Positions 1-9,995 of a stretch of 64,000 bases of DNA are shown here, piece by piece. A model generated the notes under the pieces. It was given only the letters and a program-made list of their open reading frames with translations, had not been told where the DNA came from and ran no database searches. A program made the position numbers and the translations under genes. The first letter of the stretch is position 1. Each line of letters opens with the position of its first letter. The stretch is from Porphyridium purpureum (Eukaryota). Where the stretch lies: assembly GCA_008690995.1 (NCBI GenBank), contig VRMN01000004.1, positions 1,674,001 to 1,738,000 of the forward strand, read 5' to 3'.

Positions 1-229
1 AACCGCACCGGGATCGCCGCGATTGGTGTGCGGTCGGGGGAAATGATGGCAATGACATGAGCCGCAATGCCATGTGGCGATTGCGTGACGACCCAAGTGG
101 CCGTTCTCCATAGCATGTGTAGACGGCCAAGTCTCAACATCAAGACGCACAGTAGATAGAGCGAGCGGCTCTGTTCGAGTTGGGAGCTGCGGCAGTCGAA
201 GTTGATACAGCCGCGAGAGGTCGATATTT

Positions 230-955
230 AGCGATTTTCTAAAAGGCAGTGACGCCATACACCACCGTCGTTTGCACAAGCCACACAATGCTGGTGAAGG
301 CAAAAACCGTTTCTGCGGGCAACATTGACGCTCAGTGCCTTCATAGCACATACCTGCACATGTGCTTTTCGGTGGCGGGACCGGACGAGATTCTTGCTGG
401 TGTGCATCGCCCGACACATGCGTTGGATGTCAAGAAAGTGAACATCAATGACAAGGACCACCTTGCGCATGGGTGACCTTCTGACCATTCCATGAAGGTA
501 ATTCACCGTAAAAGTAGCGGGCTGTGGCATACGATTGGACCACGTTTGATGCCCTTAATTGGATCACTCTTAGCATAAACGAGCATGGTTGCCTCTTGGT
601 GACCGGTGGCAACCGCGTGATCCGCGCGCGGCGCGACACTGTGCTCGTTCAGTCCCTTGAAAATGCTCTGCCTTGGGTGTACGTGCATGCGAGCGCCGTA
701 CGCGTCCTCGGATATCAAATGTTTGACCAGATTACCGCGCCGGGCCTGACCAGAATGCAGCTGCATCAATCGCGCGGGAAAGCGCGTGGTTGCGGAATAC
801 TAGCCTGTGATGGTCAGGCAGACAAACGACCCTGTTTGCAAGTTCAAAACGTGCATCAGCCACGGCATCAGTCACAAAATATTCCAAAGAAAGATATCGT
901 GACTTTTTCCTGCCATCGAGTTCACCCATGCAGACCGACGTGCGCATCGTCATCT
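230..955 (-). pseudogene. Decayed ABCG-type transporter fragment (tentative)
   Basis: Frameshifted minus-strand peptides occur in ABCG order: RFELANRVVCLPD..SRAIDAAA (cf. ELVANPSILFLDEPTSGLD), MHVHPRQSIFKGLNE (cf. TIHQPRQSIF), PQPATFTVNYL (cf. NPATFML), LVQTTVVYGVTAF (membrane domain). Stops and frameshifts throughout. Confidence 0.4.
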
Positions 956-1187
956 TCCTTCATGTGGTGAGAATGCAGCACTGCGCGAGACAAGCTGAGT
1001 TTCGTTCTCGGTTTTTCGAACCAATCATGCCATACGCAATGCACTGCGCAGGTCGTGCACGAACCGAATCAGTAATCCAAGTCTCTTTGCGCAACCGAAA
1101 CGTGCGACTTTGACGGTTTCGCCATTCCGAGTGTGAAAGCTACAAACCACTCGAGCGAAACCGCTTCTGTCCTGTACGCAGCTTTCC

Positions 1188-2270
1188 CTAGAGTAGCAGA
1201 TTAAAGAATGCACTATTATCTTGCCGCGTCCCATCTTCAATGGCCTCGGGGCAGTTGACCAGCAGATCCACCGCGTTTTCTACGTCGCCATTTGCCTGCA
1301 GAAGCGCCCGAGATACTTTTCTGGGATCCATTTCTGCGCTCAGGTGCACGACTTGCTCGAGCTTGGAGATCGACAGCCGGAAGGACTGTTTCTGGAGGGA
1401 GCGAAACGTGACATGTGCGTTGCTCAGCAGCCAACCGCCGTCTTCGACACACCGTTCGACCAGCAGCGGTGGGTATGGTCCTACGCGAATGGCCTGGCCG
1501 CGGAACGTGTTTGAAATGCTGCATGGAAGTGATTCAGGATGGAAGCTGTTTGAAAACATGAGGTTGCCAGTGTCGTCGACACAAAATTCGCCATCCGAAA
1601 TGGGTACCTCATTGAGCTCATCCGGCAAGCTCTCCTCTAGCAGCGACTTTACCTGGAAGGAGGAGAAAAACCACTCGTGCCTGCAAAGCTCTGGTACCGA
1701 AATGTAGGGGCGACGGAGCTCGGCCGTCTCCATCCAGAGCAGGGCCTCCCGCCAGCTGCGGGGCGGAAGCGACGTGCGAAACTGGATTTCAATGGCGTGG
1801 TTGGCGGGAGCTCCAAGCTCGCGACTGTCACACGCGCTCCAGCGTGATTTAAGCCGCAGCGGCTTACTTTTCATGCCGCGAGCGGTATCCAAGCGGCAAT
1901 ACTCATTCTTGGCGGCGAGTTTCTTTGACGCGCGAATTGTGGTCTGCGACGCCTTGGGGAACGAGCCCCAAGCGAGCAGTGTGTCCTTGTAATAATTCTG
2001 GAGCAACTCTAGCGAGCCAAACTGCGCATAAAAGTTCTGCAAGCGCTTCTCGTAGCGCAGCCGAAACGCGCGTTTCCACAGATGCTCATGGCAAACGGTG
2101 CTTTTCCTTGCAGTTGCGCGCCAATGCGAACACACGCGCCCGAGTTCCATCAATGTGTACACGTCGTCGCAGCAGTTTTCGATAATCAGCAGCAACACAT
2201 CCTCGGGAATAAGCTGCGCCAGCCCAAACCCACCGAGCTTGGCAATGCCGCGCTCCTCGTCAGTCGCCAT
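1188..2270 (-). CDS. F-box protein with C-terminal UBA/CUE-like domain
   Basis: N-terminal F-box (LIPEDVLLLIIENC..LGRVCSHWR) and C-terminal MDPRKVSRALLQANGDVENAVDLL. First ATG at 2270. Confidence 0.75.
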   Translation of the reverse strand: MATDEERGIAKLGGFGLAQLIPEDVLLLIIENCCDDVYTLMELGRVCSHWRATARKSTVCHEHLWKRAFRLRYEKRLQNFYAQFGSLELLQNYYKDTLLAWGSFPKASQTTIRASKKLAAKNEYCRLDTARGMKSKPLRLKSRWSACDSRELGAPANHAIEIQFRTSLPPRSWREALLWMETAELRRPYISVPELCRHEWFFSSFQVKSLLEESLPDELNEVPISDGEFCVDDTGNLMFSNSFHPESLPCSISNTFRGQAIRVGPYPPLLVERCVEDGGWLLSNAHVTFRSLQKQSFRLSISKLEQVVHLSAEMDPRKVSRALLQANGDVENAVDLLVNCPEAIEDGTRQDNSAFFNLLL

Positions 2271-2287
2271 CCCCTTCCCTGCCACCC

Positions 2288-2336
2288 CATCTGCTTCCCT
2301 GCCCCCTCATCTGCTTCCCTGGCCCCTCATCTGCCC
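2288..2336. repeat. 20-bp tandem repeat (~2.5 copies, CATCTGCTTCCCTGxCCCCT) between divergent F-box and RMT2 genes
   Basis: Directly visible in the sequence. Confidence 0.7.
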
Positions 2337-2407
2337 GTTCACTGCCGTCCACAAAAGCTGCGGCCATAAAGGAAAGGAAGGGGGAAAGCCAACGGGGGTA
2401 GGAGAGA

Positions 2408-3511
2408 ATGGGTGGGACTGCCGAGACAGGGGAGGCCGCCACGGCGGCGCGATTTATCGATGCTGCTGGGCGCGGAGACAGCGAGCTTCTTTCGGAATTG
2501 CTAGGCAGAGAGGGTTCGGACCCGGTGCACTGGGTCGATTCGGACACGGGTCGAAATGCATTGTTCGTGGCCGCTGAAAATGGGCACGTGACCAGCGTGG
2601 AGTTACTGCTTGGCGTGCTTCCATGGAACTCGGTAGATCCCCTGACTGGCATTAGCGCCGGCGATGTTGCCAAGAATAATGGCCACGAGACAGTTTTCAC
2701 GGCGCTTGTGAATGCCGGTATCCGAACTGAGCTGTTGCTCAACATGATGATGGAAGACGCTGAGCCAGCGGAAGACGAGAGAGATGGTATGGAGGAGCAA
2801 GATGACCCCAGCATAAGTCCTCAAGCTGTGGTGAACGCAGACTATCTGGCGCAAAAGCTGGCCTTCGAGACTGCGGCTTCAGGGCAAGAACAGCTCGTGT
2901 CGTCTGAACGCGATGGCGTGATGATGGGCTGGGAAAAGCCACTCATGGAGATGCACGCGGCGGTGATTTGCAAAAATACCGACTCAAACGGCGAGCGACA
3001 TGTCTTGAACGTCGGATTCGGCCTGGGGCTTGTCGACGGGTTTATCCAAAGCTTCAAACCGGATAGCCACACGATCATCGAGGCGCACCCAGACGTCTAC
3101 AGACACATGGAGCAGACAGGATGGACGTCCAAGCCTGGCGTAAGAGTCCTGTTTGCGAGATGGCAGGATGTGATCGAGCAGTTCTGCGATCGAGAATACA
3201 CAGGAATCTTTTGGGATACGTTTGGCGAGGATTACCGCGAAATGAGGAATTTTCACGACCTCTTGCCTGGTATTCTGCGTCCTTCGGTCGGCGTCTACTC
3301 CTTTTTCAATGGTCTGTGTGCTACCAGTCAGCTGTTCCATCAAGTGGCGCTCGGCGTTGCCGAAATTGATCTAAAGGAACTAGGCATGACCTTGCAATTT
3401 GAGAATGTCAAGATCCGCGATGGTGTCTTGAAGGAGGAGACGTGGGCTGGTATCAAGCGCCAGTATTGGAGCTTGGAGAATTATAGTTTACCCATATGTA
3501 AGCTGCCGTAG
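2408..3511 (+). CDS. RMT2: Protein arginine N-methyltransferase 2 (ankyrin repeats + GAMT-like domain)
   Basis: Ankyrin GRNALFVAAENGH, then VMMGWEKPLM, VLNVGFGLG, HTIIEAHPDV, IFWDTF, YSFFNGL. Confidence 0.92.
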   Translation: MGGTAETGEAATAARFIDAAGRGDSELLSELLGREGSDPVHWVDSDTGRNALFVAAENGHVTSVELLLGVLPWNSVDPLTGISAGDVAKNNGHETVFTALVNAGIRTELLLNMMMEDAEPAEDERDGMEEQDDPSISPQAVVNADYLAQKLAFETAASGQEQLVSSERDGVMMGWEKPLMEMHAAVICKNTDSNGERHVLNVGFGLGLVDGFIQSFKPDSHTIIEAHPDVYRHMEQTGWTSKPGVRVLFARWQDVIEQFCDREYTGIFWDTFGEDYREMRNFHDLLPGILRPSVGVYSFFNGLCATSQLFHQVALGVAEIDLKELGMTLQFENVKIRDGVLKEETWAGIKRQYWSLENYSLPICKLP

Positions 3512-3541
3512 CTTCGATTGTGCCGTCGGTTCGCGTGTTCT

Positions 3542-5542
3542 TCACTCGGGATCGTCCAAGCTCGTGACAAAGTGAAGCGCTTCTTGTACGCGGTTCATGT
3601 TTAGCAATGCTTCCTCCTTGTCGCGCGAGTCAATTCCGGCTGCGAACGCGCTTTGCAAGCCCTGCAGCTGCTTCTTATGTACCGAACACACCATGTACGT
3701 CTGTATGGCGCCCCAACCATTTGTCTTGCAAAGCATTCGAGCTCGAATTGGAATTTTAACATACTGTCCACTATCCTCACCTCCCGGCCGCGCGTAGTCC
3801 GGAACACATAGCGCGTCTGGCCCGAACTCGGCATAGATGTTCTCGGGCGTCGCACCTTCGCGGTCCACAAAGTTGATCGGCGCCACGGCAAGGGTTGAGA
3901 CTGCTCCGTCAATGGGATCAGTTATCACCAAGAACCCACCCGGTCGTAAAGCGCCCACAGCATGGCGCAATGCGCGCAGCAAAAAGTCCCGGCGACTGTG
4001 TCCTACAATAGCATCGTTCACTTGATGCAACACAAGACTGAACACGTACAGATCACAAACCGACGAGTGCACCGCGGCATGTGACGAGGCTTCCAGGTCT
4101 GTCGTGTGGCTGAAAGCTTTACTGCCTGTGGCGAGGTCCCGGAACAGCACGTGCCGCAATTGGACACATTTCCGCGCATGATCCCTGACCATATGTTCAT
4201 TTTGCTCGTTGGCCGCGTCAAGTGCTGCCTTCTTCTCCAAGAGCCGGACGATACACGCACCGGAAGCCTCTCCCACTGATGCGCGCACCGTGAGGGGTAT
4301 CTGCGGGAGCAGCTTGCGCTCCAACAGTTCCATGACCCAGCTGAGAAGCGTCAGATTTGGGCCTGCGCCATCCTCCATCCAGTCCACGGAATCCTTGGCC
4401 AAGGCCTGGATTAGGCCGGCAACAAGTGCGACGGAAAAAGTGCGCAAAGACTGCATCAGTAGGCCCGCCAAACTGTGCCCAAAGCTGCCATCGTACGAGT
4501 ACTCACTCGCTTCGGGGCTTATGACGCGAATGTGCAGACTGCAGTTTTCGGCCAGCTTGTGGCAGGCCAAAGCATTTCGAGAATGCAAATCGCCCCCGCC
4601 CCCAAAGCCACTCCAGTGGATCATTTGGGCGAAGCACATGTACTCTGGCGTATCGGCTGGATACGCCCGCAACGTGAGCGCGAGTTTATGCGCAGCCTCA
4701 ATGTCAGGATACTGATCAAGGGCTTTCCGGTACCGGCTGGCCAAAACTTGCTCAAACAGCGCTGGTGTCGTCCGCGGAAGCGATTCCGTGAGGGCGTGGG
4801 CCACCGCGAGATCGAGAGCAATTGCATACGGCTGCCAACCGCACACGGAGGAGCCGTCAAACTCGAAATCCCTCGGCTTCGGAAGCGCCTGCGCTGAGGG
4901 AATCCGAGCGGATGAGGATGGCGAGTCGCTCACAAGCATCGGCAGCAAGATGCGGAGCGACTCGAGCACGAGCTGATAAAAGCGCAACCCCGTGGCGAAC
5001 TCGAGAAACAATTTTTGGTGCTGCGGCAGCTCGTCGTCAGGAACAGCGTGTATGGACCGATAGCAATCGACGAGCTCTCCTGCGATCGATGCGAATAGAA
5101 TCGTTTTCGGCTGCTCATCCTGTGCCGCAGCCGCCTTGTCTGCGTCTAGGTCCGCAAACTGCAGCATTTCGGCGCTCAGCGCGGAGAGCCGACTGACGAG
5201 GGTCTCAAAGGGCGTCGGCAGGTGGAGCAGCTCCTCTGGCGCCTCGCGCTCATGCACAATCTGCTTGACCTGTGCCTCCCAAGCACGCGTACCGTCACGC
5301 ATCACCTTCTCCACCAAGAAATCATGCAGCAAGGCGTCCATCTTGTGCGCGACGGCGGCGTCGCGAATCTCCTTATTGTGCCATTCGCGCAGCACCTTCA
5401 CGTCGGCAATTTCCGCCGGCAGGTCGCTCAGCTCCAGGCATTGCAGATGATCCATTTGACGCCGACGCACCTGCCGTAACGCACGGAGTTCACAGCCGCA
5501 GTAGCTCCTCCACGACCGCGTCCCAACTCTCAGCGCCTTCAT
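3542..5542 (-). CDS. Uncharacterised 666-aa protein with C-terminal class I SAM-methyltransferase-like motifs
   Basis: Long intact ORF. DLYVFSLVLHQV...LRHAVGALRPGGFLVITD resembles methyltransferase motifs II/III. Confidence 0.6.
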   Translation of the reverse strand: MKALRVGTRSWRSYCGCELRALRQVRRRQMDHLQCLELSDLPAEIADVKVLREWHNKEIRDAAVAHKMDALLHDFLVEKVMRDGTRAWEAQVKQIVHEREAPEELLHLPTPFETLVSRLSALSAEMLQFADLDADKAAAAQDEQPKTILFASIAGELVDCYRSIHAVPDDELPQHQKLFLEFATGLRFYQLVLESLRILLPMLVSDSPSSSARIPSAQALPKPRDFEFDGSSVCGWQPYAIALDLAVAHALTESLPRTTPALFEQVLASRYRKALDQYPDIEAAHKLALTLRAYPADTPEYMCFAQMIHWSGFGGGGDLHSRNALACHKLAENCSLHIRVISPEASEYSYDGSFGHSLAGLLMQSLRTFSVALVAGLIQALAKDSVDWMEDGAGPNLTLLSWVMELLERKLLPQIPLTVRASVGEASGACIVRLLEKKAALDAANEQNEHMVRDHARKCVQLRHVLFRDLATGSKAFSHTTDLEASSHAAVHSSVCDLYVFSLVLHQVNDAIVGHSRRDFLLRALRHAVGALRPGGFLVITDPIDGAVSTLAVAPINFVDREGATPENIYAEFGPDALCVPDYARPGGEDSGQYVKIPIRARMLCKTNGWGAIQTYMVCSVHKKQLQGLQSAFAAGIDSRDKEEALLNMNRVQEALHFVTSLDDPE

Positions 5543-6834
5543 CTACTTCTCCACGCGCACAAGCTGCGCACCAGCCGCGCCCGCCATCGATTTTCAAGTA
5601 GTGTTCAGTTCTGGGGGTTCAGCTTCAGCGCCAGGTGTTTTCGCGGAGAAAAGGCCGTGTGGCGATTGCGAGATGGTCGCGCAGACGATGATGGCGCAGC
5701 ACGCGGCACACGGCGAGGCTCTCTTCCCACGCGCTGCACGAGACTGGCACATGACAATGTGCATCACGCGCCGCGGTGATGGCGATGGATGCTTTTGACG
5801 ACACCGAAAAACAAAGCACGAAAAAGGAACGTGGCCGTGATTTCATTTTGTGCACAACGACTGTCAATTGCTCACGTTCAGTGCGAGTCAGACTGGCCGA
5901 CAATAAAATGGGGACCGCGCGTTTGTTGCTCTGGCCCCCGACTTTGTGGATTGGGTTCCGTGCAATGCTTAAGTGTGTGTATTAAACTGGAAGAGCGCCG
6001 CTGGCGTTGCAGAAAAATGGTCGGTGCAGGAAAAGGACCTCGCTCAGACATTGAAGATCGAGTCGGTGTCGGATGTGCTCGATGACGAGCAGTGCACATG
6101 CCAGCTGATGGGAAAAGCCTCTTCGTGGTCCTTCTCCAACCAGACACCGATCTCCACCTCTTCCACGCCGGAGGACAAATGTTGGGAATCTAGCTGTACC
6201 CTCAATCGAGCGTGGGTGTACAGTGCGCATTTGCCGCAGTGTGAGGGGGAGGAGTGGTGGCGTGTCGAGAGGAGCAGGCCGGCAGCGCCCGGCAGCCGCA
6301 GTCTTTGTCCGCATTCAGACATGGCGTGCGTGCTGCGGACTCCGACAATCCGTAGTGTGGGTATTCACCTCGTAGAGAGACACTCTGTTGTCCACGCCCG
6401 CTGTAGTCTCCAGGTATGAGTAAACTCTTGTGCCAAACAAAAGTCGGCTGCATCGAGCCGTCTGCGTTCATACTTCGTGCCTTTGGGGTTGTCGACACAC
6501 GGCTCTACTCTCCGCGCTCCTGCGCAGCGACGCTTATACACTGGTACGCACTTCCTAGAAGCTTGTTTATCACACCGACTCGCACGCCGCTTCCACAGCT
6601 AAGAAAGTCAAGCCGTCTCGCATGCAAATGCTGCGTCTGTCGACGCCGCCACCGCCAGCACGCCGCGATCTGCGCACCAGAGATATTACCGCGATGAGAC
6701 GCGTCTTGGTGCGCGCCGCCGCATCGGAGCAGAGCTGAGGGAACGTGAATGAGGGCAACGTTGTGAGTGGGCATCGAGTGTGTGACAGGGAGGTTTGGTG
6801 CGTCCGTGCGTGAGTGTTTCTTTGCGTGTTTACA

Positions 6835-7392
6835 ATGGCGTTCGTAGCAGCTGCGGCGGTGCGGTTGACGGCCGCACCAAACCGCTGTGCCAACGTCGCT
6901 CCGGCGCGATCGGTCGGCGTGGCCTTTGCGCCGCGCCGCAGCACAGCAGTTGCGCGCTCAAACGCCGTCGATGTAAGGATGATGGCTGCCGCCGCAGCCG
7001 GAGATACGGTCGGTGTGCACTACACGGGGACCTTGGAAGGCGGCGCGGTGTTTGATTCCAGTCGCGAGCGCGAGCCGCTCGTGGTCACGCTGGGACAGGG
7101 GCAGGTCATCCCGGGCTTTGAGAAGGCGCTCATGGGCATGAGCGTCGGGGACACGACCGACGTGCATATTCCAGTAGAGGAGGCATATGGCCCGAGGCGC
7201 GATGACTTGGTCGTCAAAATGGAGCGCAGCAAGGGACCCGAGGGTCTGGATGCTGGCATGATGGTCCAGCTCTCGAACGGGCAGCCCGCGCAGGTGACCG
7301 AGGTGACGAGCGAGTTTATCACCATCGATGTCAACCACCCACTCGCGGGCCAGGCGCTCAACTTTAACCTCGAGCTCATGTCTATCAACTAG
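6835..7392 (+). CDS. Plastid-targeted SlyD/SlpA-type FKBP peptidyl-prolyl isomerase
   Basis: MAFVAAA transit peptide. GDTVGVHYTGTLEGGAVFDSS, GQGQVIPGFEKAL, EAYG, IDVNHPLAGQALNF with insert-in-flap region. Confidence 0.9.
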   Translation: MAFVAAAAVRLTAAPNRCANVAPARSVGVAFAPRRSTAVARSNAVDVRMMAAAAAGDTVGVHYTGTLEGGAVFDSSREREPLVVTLGQGQVIPGFEKALMGMSVGDTTDVHIPVEEAYGPRRDDLVVKMERSKGPEGLDAGMMVQLSNGQPAQVTEVTSEFITIDVNHPLAGQALNFNLELMSIN

Positions 7393-7952
7393 GCTTCGAG
7401 GAGGCAGAGCGCAGCTAAGCAAGTGCAGAAGATGATATGGGACCAGGAGGAGGTTCCCCGCATCAGTTCTACTGTAATGGCTTGTTTGTTTGTTTTTTCA
7501 GTCTTCAAAGTTGCGTATGAGAGCTCGCAAAGGGCGGTGTATGTTGTGAGAAGTGCGGATTCCCGAAAGCATGCGCGGTGGAGTGCGTTTTCGCTTCGCC
7601 TGTAGTAGATCTTTGATAAATCTTGCTTTCATTTGCCGCGCATGCCCTCATAAAATGCGGGGGGTAGAAAGAATTGTTTGCTCCTTTCTTCATGGAACTG
7701 GAAGCAAATGTCGTGTCAAGGCTAGGCGACTCGAGGAACACTGATATCCTTTATGACGATCGCGAAAGCCGGTTCTTGGCCTCCACCAAGACCAGTCTTT
7801 CTTGGAAAATTAGAGCCTTCGTACCGCTCGCACTGGTCTGGCCTTTGTAATTCGTGGCCGGGAGCGTCGCGAAATGAGGTCCTGTTCATCGTAGCAAACT
7901 TTCTTGCGTGCTTCTGCACCACAAGCGAACTCAAACATAATGACGCCAGTCT

Positions 7953-8900
7953 TTATGCTGCTACCGCGGCCTTTGCTTCAACCAGCGCAAGCACGGCGCG
8001 GAGCGCCTCTTCTGTCCCGCGCGGGCCCGGCGACGACGTGATGGTCCAGTGCGGGTTGCGTGCCGCCGCTTGCTTGACAGAGGCATGTGTGACACCCGGC
8101 AGGAAGCCACGCCCAACAAGCTCGCCCAGCTCAATGTCGTTATCATCGTCAAAAATTGCAACCGAGTCGGCCGCCGCAATGCGCTCCACCTCGAGCACAT
8201 ACGCAGCAGCATTCCGCTTGCCCGAGCTGCTCGGGTAAACATCGGCCTTGCCCAAGTTGAAAGACATGCTCAGCGCGCCATTGAACTGCGCGAGAACATT
8301 GCGAAGGTCTTGCTCGGTCTTGCCCGGCGATGCGGCCACATCGACGCGAAAGCTGGTGTAATAGTCGCGGGTGTCGAGCTTCCACTCGCCTGGTCGCGCA
8401 GCAAATACGCGGTAGGCGTCCCACAAGGTGCCTTCGCGCCGCTCTGGCGGCGGCGCGTTTTCGCTGGACGGAACGAGCTCTTGTGGCACGTACGTTGCGG
8501 CTCCAATCTCCGCCGCATATCGCGTTGCCGTCCAATTTGCATCCAGTGCGCCGCCTTTCAACATGCGACCGCCGTTCTCACAAAACTCGTAATCCGCGAG
8601 CGGCAGCGCGGCGCGGCGGACCGCAAACGTGGACGATCGCGCGCCCGTGATGATGACGAATTTGACGTCGCTCTCCCGCAAGCGCTGCACGAGCGCGAGC
8701 GTGTTGAGCGAGATACACGCCGCGGGTGTTGTCCCGCTAGCCGGCATCAGCGCGCACTCGAATGTGTCCCCGGTGTCCTTGTACTTGAGCGTCAATGTCC
8801 TTAGACTCTCATTCTGCGATACGACGTGCGCGTACCCCGTCCACTCCTTCTCATAATGCACCAACGTGCCGTCCAAATCACTGAAAACCACACGCACCAT
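7953..8900 (-). CDS. HAD-superfamily (Cof/sucrose-phosphatase-like, subclass IIB) phosphatase
   Basis: Motif I VFSDLDGTL, motif II ITGAR, motif III SSGKRNA, motif IV FDDDND. Confidence 0.85.
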   Translation of the reverse strand: MVRVVFSDLDGTLVHYEKEWTGYAHVVSQNESLRTLTLKYKDTGDTFECALMPASGTTPAACISLNTLALVQRLRESDVKFVIITGARSSTFAVRRAALPLADYEFCENGGRMLKGGALDANWTATRYAAEIGAATYVPQELVPSSENAPPPERREGTLWDAYRVFAARPGEWKLDTRDYYTSFRVDVAASPGKTEQDLRNVLAQFNGALSMSFNLGKADVYPSSSGKRNAAAYVLEVERIAAADSVAIFDDDNDIELGELVGRGFLPGVTHASVKQAAARNPHWTITSSPGPRGTEEALRAVLALVEAKAAVAA

Positions 8901-9716
8901 CTCCACGCTCTGCTGCTTCTCAGCGTCCCACGATACTCGCTCTACCACCACAACACAACCGCTCTCTCGTTTTCTCACTCCCTCTCTCTCTCTCTTTCTG
9001 CGGATACATGTGACCACCGGTCGTCCACCAGCAACGGACTCGGTATTTCTTCAGCATTTCTGCGCGTGAACTGACTGCTGCTCGCTAGCGCGCACACACG
9101 CGAAGGCTATCCTTTGCGCCATGGCTGCGCTCGCCAATGACAGCGCATTCTATGCCACGGCGTCTGTCCTGTAACTCGTTGCCTGTCTTGCCAATGTGAC
9201 ACACACAGACACATACACTCGCACAATAACCGCGCGCGTCCACGCTCATCTTGCGCATGCCGTCGTTGTCCAGCGCGGCCATCACGGCGTCTACACAGCT
9301 TATCGTTCATCATTGATCAACTGAGTTTATCTGCCACGACCAAGGCCAAGGCCAGGGCCAAGGCCAAGGCTGCGAGCCTGCGAGCCAGGTCTGGCGCGTG
9401 CGGGTGACGGGCCGGAGATGTGTCGCATGCTGCCGGCACCATCGGCGTCTCCAATGCAAGGACGGACAGTCTTTGTTCGCTCGACGCGTGCGCGTTTATC
9501 ACTCAGTCGGGGTGTTTACATAGAAAAACATCAGAACAGCGGTTGGCGTGTGAGCGTGTGGTGAGAAGGAAGGAGAGCGAGGCAGAGAGGAAGGGCGGCG
9601 ACTGCCGGGTGTGGTGGTGGGTGGAGAGGGACGGGGAAGGAGGAGGCCAGTGTCGGATCCCGCAGTTTGGGTGCGCGGCTGGACGCACGCGCGCTGGGAA
9701 TTCGGCTCTGGGGGGT

Positions 9717-9739
9717 TGTGTGTGTGTGTGTGTGTGTGT
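9717..9739. repeat. (GT)n microsatellite upstream of the GT77 gene
   Basis: tgtgtgtg... run visible. Confidence 0.9.
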
Positions 9740-9995
9740 TCTAAGAGTGTTTCGTTTGTGTGCTCGACGCCGACAGTGGTGTCGCGGTTGTGTTCGAGGC
9801 GACGTGCAGGGTGTTTGGGTAGACAAGGGATTCAGGGAAAGTGGGGTGGATGCATGTGAGCAGCTGAAAGCTGTCGGAAGACGACAGGTTGTGGCTTGGG
9901 AGTCGCGTGCTTTGCATAGTATTGGCGCCGCGGCGCGTGTCCTCCTCACGTAGCGTCGCGTTGGTGGGCCCGCTGGCCGTTGGTCACACTTGAGC

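Noticed and set aside
9020..9990. ORFs between the HAD and GT77 genes
   Set aside because: Microsatellite-rich divergent promoter/UTR region with no coding signal.
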